DNA of 64,000 nt from Chiloscyllium plagiosum. Lineage: Eukaryota. The notes beneath the pieces are model-generated. The model ran no database searches. It was not told the origin of the DNA and worked only from the letters and a program-made list of their open reading frames with translations. The position numbers and the translations under genes were made by a program. The stretch lies in NCBI RefSeq assembly GCF_004010195.1, contig NC_057719.1, positions 26,509,537 through 26,573,536 on the forward strand, in the 5' to 3' direction. Shown here one piece after another: positions 61,453-64,000 of this stretch (position 1 is the first letter of the stretch; each line of letters starts with the position of its first letter).

Positions 61453-62011
61453 AGTCATTCAGGCCAGTTTCTACAGCTGAATAATAACAAAGAAAGTCAA
61501 AACATTGAAAACTTTTCTTTCCTCCATAAAGATTTTGAGATCGAATTTGTCATATTACAGCTACTTGGAAGACAAATTGCAACCGGCTGCTGAAGCATTG
61601 GAGGTAGTGAAGTGTCAAGCGGAGACCAAGTCAGTTTTGAGCAGAGTGATTTAATTGTCTTACAAGGTCATCCTACAGTAAGGGTTTTTGTGACAATGGT
61701 AGTTTCCCTGCCTTTGAACTGGAAGGCTTGCATTTAAGTCCCACCCATTCCAGACCTCTGTCATGGCACACCTAAACAGATCAATTAGATGGATGTTTTC
61801 CTGTAATGGAACATTACTGCATCTGTTGAGTTTCATTTTTCTAGGTGTAGCTGGAATGCTAAAACTAAACTAGTATAGATGCATGTTATGTTGGTTTTTT
61901 TCCCTTTTGAATGGATTATTTGTTGATTTAAATCAATAAATTATTATCCAGACAGTTCATTGGTGCAGCTTAGTTTTGAAGTACTATGCATAAAAGTTGC
62001 ATATTTTCAGT

Positions 62012-62316
62012 TTAGATTAGATTAGATTCCCTACAGTATGGAAACAGGCCCTTCGGCCTAACAAGTCCACACCGACCCTCAGAAGAGCAACCCACCCAAA
62101 CCTATTCCCCTACATTCATCCCTGACTAATGCACCTAACACTATGGGCAATTTAGCATGGCCACTTCACCTAACCTGCACATCTTTGGCCTGTGGGAGGA
62201 AACCCACGCAGATGTGGGGAGAATGTGCAAACTCCACACACAGTTGCCTGGGGCGGGAATTGAACCCGAGTCCCTGGCGCTGTGAGGCAGCAGTGCTAAC
62301 CACTGAGTCACCGTGC
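62012..62316 (-). mobile_element. HE1-like SINE
   Basis: (gatta)n tail and reverse-complement head. Confidence 0.9.
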
Positions 62317-62714
62317 AGCCCTGACAGTTACCTGACTTTATGCAAATACCTGGTAAATTAATATTTCCCACTTAACAATCAAACATAATGTCCGTCATTT
62401 TAAACAAAAAATTTCATTTTCTATTTCCTGACTCATTTTGAAAGTTCTTGCATTTATTGTGAAGTGAAAGTGTGTTTATGTAGCTAATTTTTAAAAATTA
62501 AAATTTCATTGTCCTGATAATTTTATTGACAGCTTTCACAATCATTCAGGAGTATGCTGCATCCTAGCATATTTTTTACTGCTACCTGCAAAAGCTAAAG
62601 GTATTGATGCAAATGTAAGTTTTTTTTTAAACAGTTTGATTTCTCTGAACTTTCTGCCCCAGCATTGTATGACTGCACCACGCAAGCTGCTTTGCTCTGA
62701 TTTTTCACTGTTGC

Positions 62715-63170
62715 AAAATTTCTAATTAATTATTGCGACGACTGAAACTGTTGACTTCAATTCTGACCTCACCTTTGACTCCATTCCTGTCCTTGGCAGC
62801 TGTCTGAAGTTGTATCAAATTGAATGCAACCCCAACATTATATTTGACCCAGAGATGAGTTTCTAACATGTACCAGTAAAATCATGAACATTTTCAATTT
62901 CAACATCCATAAGATCACTTCCTCTCACCCCCATTTCCCTCAGCATCCCGCAAGCTCACTCCTCTGCTGACATGCTCATCCATGACCTTTATCTCTGGAA
63001 GCAACTGTCCTAGCTCACTCCTTGGCTCACAGCCCACCCATATTGTATCCTCTGAAAAGTGCACCCACCTTCAATTAACTAATACAGATAGTAAGAAATT
63101 GAGCCCTAACCTGATCCCTGTGACATTCTACTCATTACTTTCCTTCCACCTTCAAAAAACTTGATTATGA
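62715..63170 (+). mobile_element. Decayed L2-clade LINE fragment
   Basis: atatttgacccagagatgagtttc (IFDPEMSF) and ctcatccatg (LIH) resemble the L2 RT C-terminus. Confidence 0.5.
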
Positions 63171-63302
63171 TCTTGAGTATGTTAACACCGAGAAGACAAA
63201 TTCTCCATCCATGCTAATACATAATACAGCAATTAGTCCAGCATGCCTCTAAGCAAAGTTATCAAACATGAATATCCTTTTACAATACTATGTTGACTCT
63301 GT

Positions 63303-63542
63303 ACGGCGACTGACTGTGTGTGTGGATTTTGCACGTTCTCCCCGTGTCTGCGTGGGTTTCCTCAGGGTGCTCCGGTTTCCTCCCACAGTCCAAAGATGTG
63401 CAGGTCAGGTGAATTGGCCATGCTAAATTGCCCATAGTTAGGTAAGGGGTAAATGTAGGAGTATGGGTGGGTTGCGCTTCGGTGGGGCGGTGTGGACTTG
63501 TTGGGCTGAAGGGCCTGTTTCCACTGTAAGTAATCTAATCTA
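63303..63542 (+). mobile_element. 5'-truncated HE1-like SINE, followed by a decayed minus-strand CR1 APE fragment
   Basis: Core and tail are nearly identical to 46215-46458. Confidence 0.85.
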
Positions 63543-64000
63543 AGAAATCTATTTCCCTTGCTGCTACTTATTTCCACATCATAATTTATTGCACCTATAT
63601 CACAGTTCTTCATCACATTAATGCTGTCCTTTATTAACAATCTATGCCACCTCGTTTTTTTATTTTTGCTTATTGTTCCAGAACATTGGATACCCTTAAA
63701 TATTCAAGTTTGAGATCCTGGCCATCTTGTAAACATGTATCTGTAATAGTTATCAGGTCATATTCATTCATTTCTTTGTGCCAACATCTATCTTCTCTAT
63801 AAATATTGTATACACTCAGATAAACAGCATTATTTTGACTTTTTGCCATTATTACTTATTCTGGTTCTAATTTCTCTTGTCTTCTGCTTATATTTTCTGC
63901 CCTTGTTACATTTTGGTTACCTTTGCCTATTCACTACCCTGTACTTCTGTCTTCTTGTTTTTGCTTTGTTAAACTTTCCTTCAATTACTCCCTCCCTAAA

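Noticed and set aside
40104..64000. Further PPP2R5E exons
   Set aside because: No sequence encoding the expected next exon (LFLKKLQQCCVIFDF-like) was seen, so the intron probably extends beyond the window.

Overview
Eukaryotic, repeat-rich vertebrate DNA, most likely from a shark or other cartilaginous fish. This is inferred from tRNA-derived HE1-like SINEs with (CTAAT)n tails and HER1/CR1-type LINEs. Two host genes lie on the + strand: the single-exon WDR89 CDS (578-1744), and the CpG-island promoter plus first coding exon of PPP2R5E (39950-40103), whose next intron runs past the window end. This matches the human WDR89-PPP2R5E order as I recall it. Most of the rest is mobile-element DNA: CR1 LINEs, SINEs, a Rex1/Babar LINE, a Gypsy pol fragment, a decayed Harbinger transposase, two solo LTRs and MITEs. 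The most notable pattern is a dense set of Penelope-like element (PLE) insertions. Several unrelated families of short fold-back (palindromic) elements carry minimal hammerhead-ribozyme cores (CUGANGA..GAAA..NUH) and 12-17 bp target-site duplications. There is also a 2.5-kb inverted PLE. One 689-N gap sits inside an inverted PLE copy. All coordinates were counted by eye and TE family names need database confirmation.
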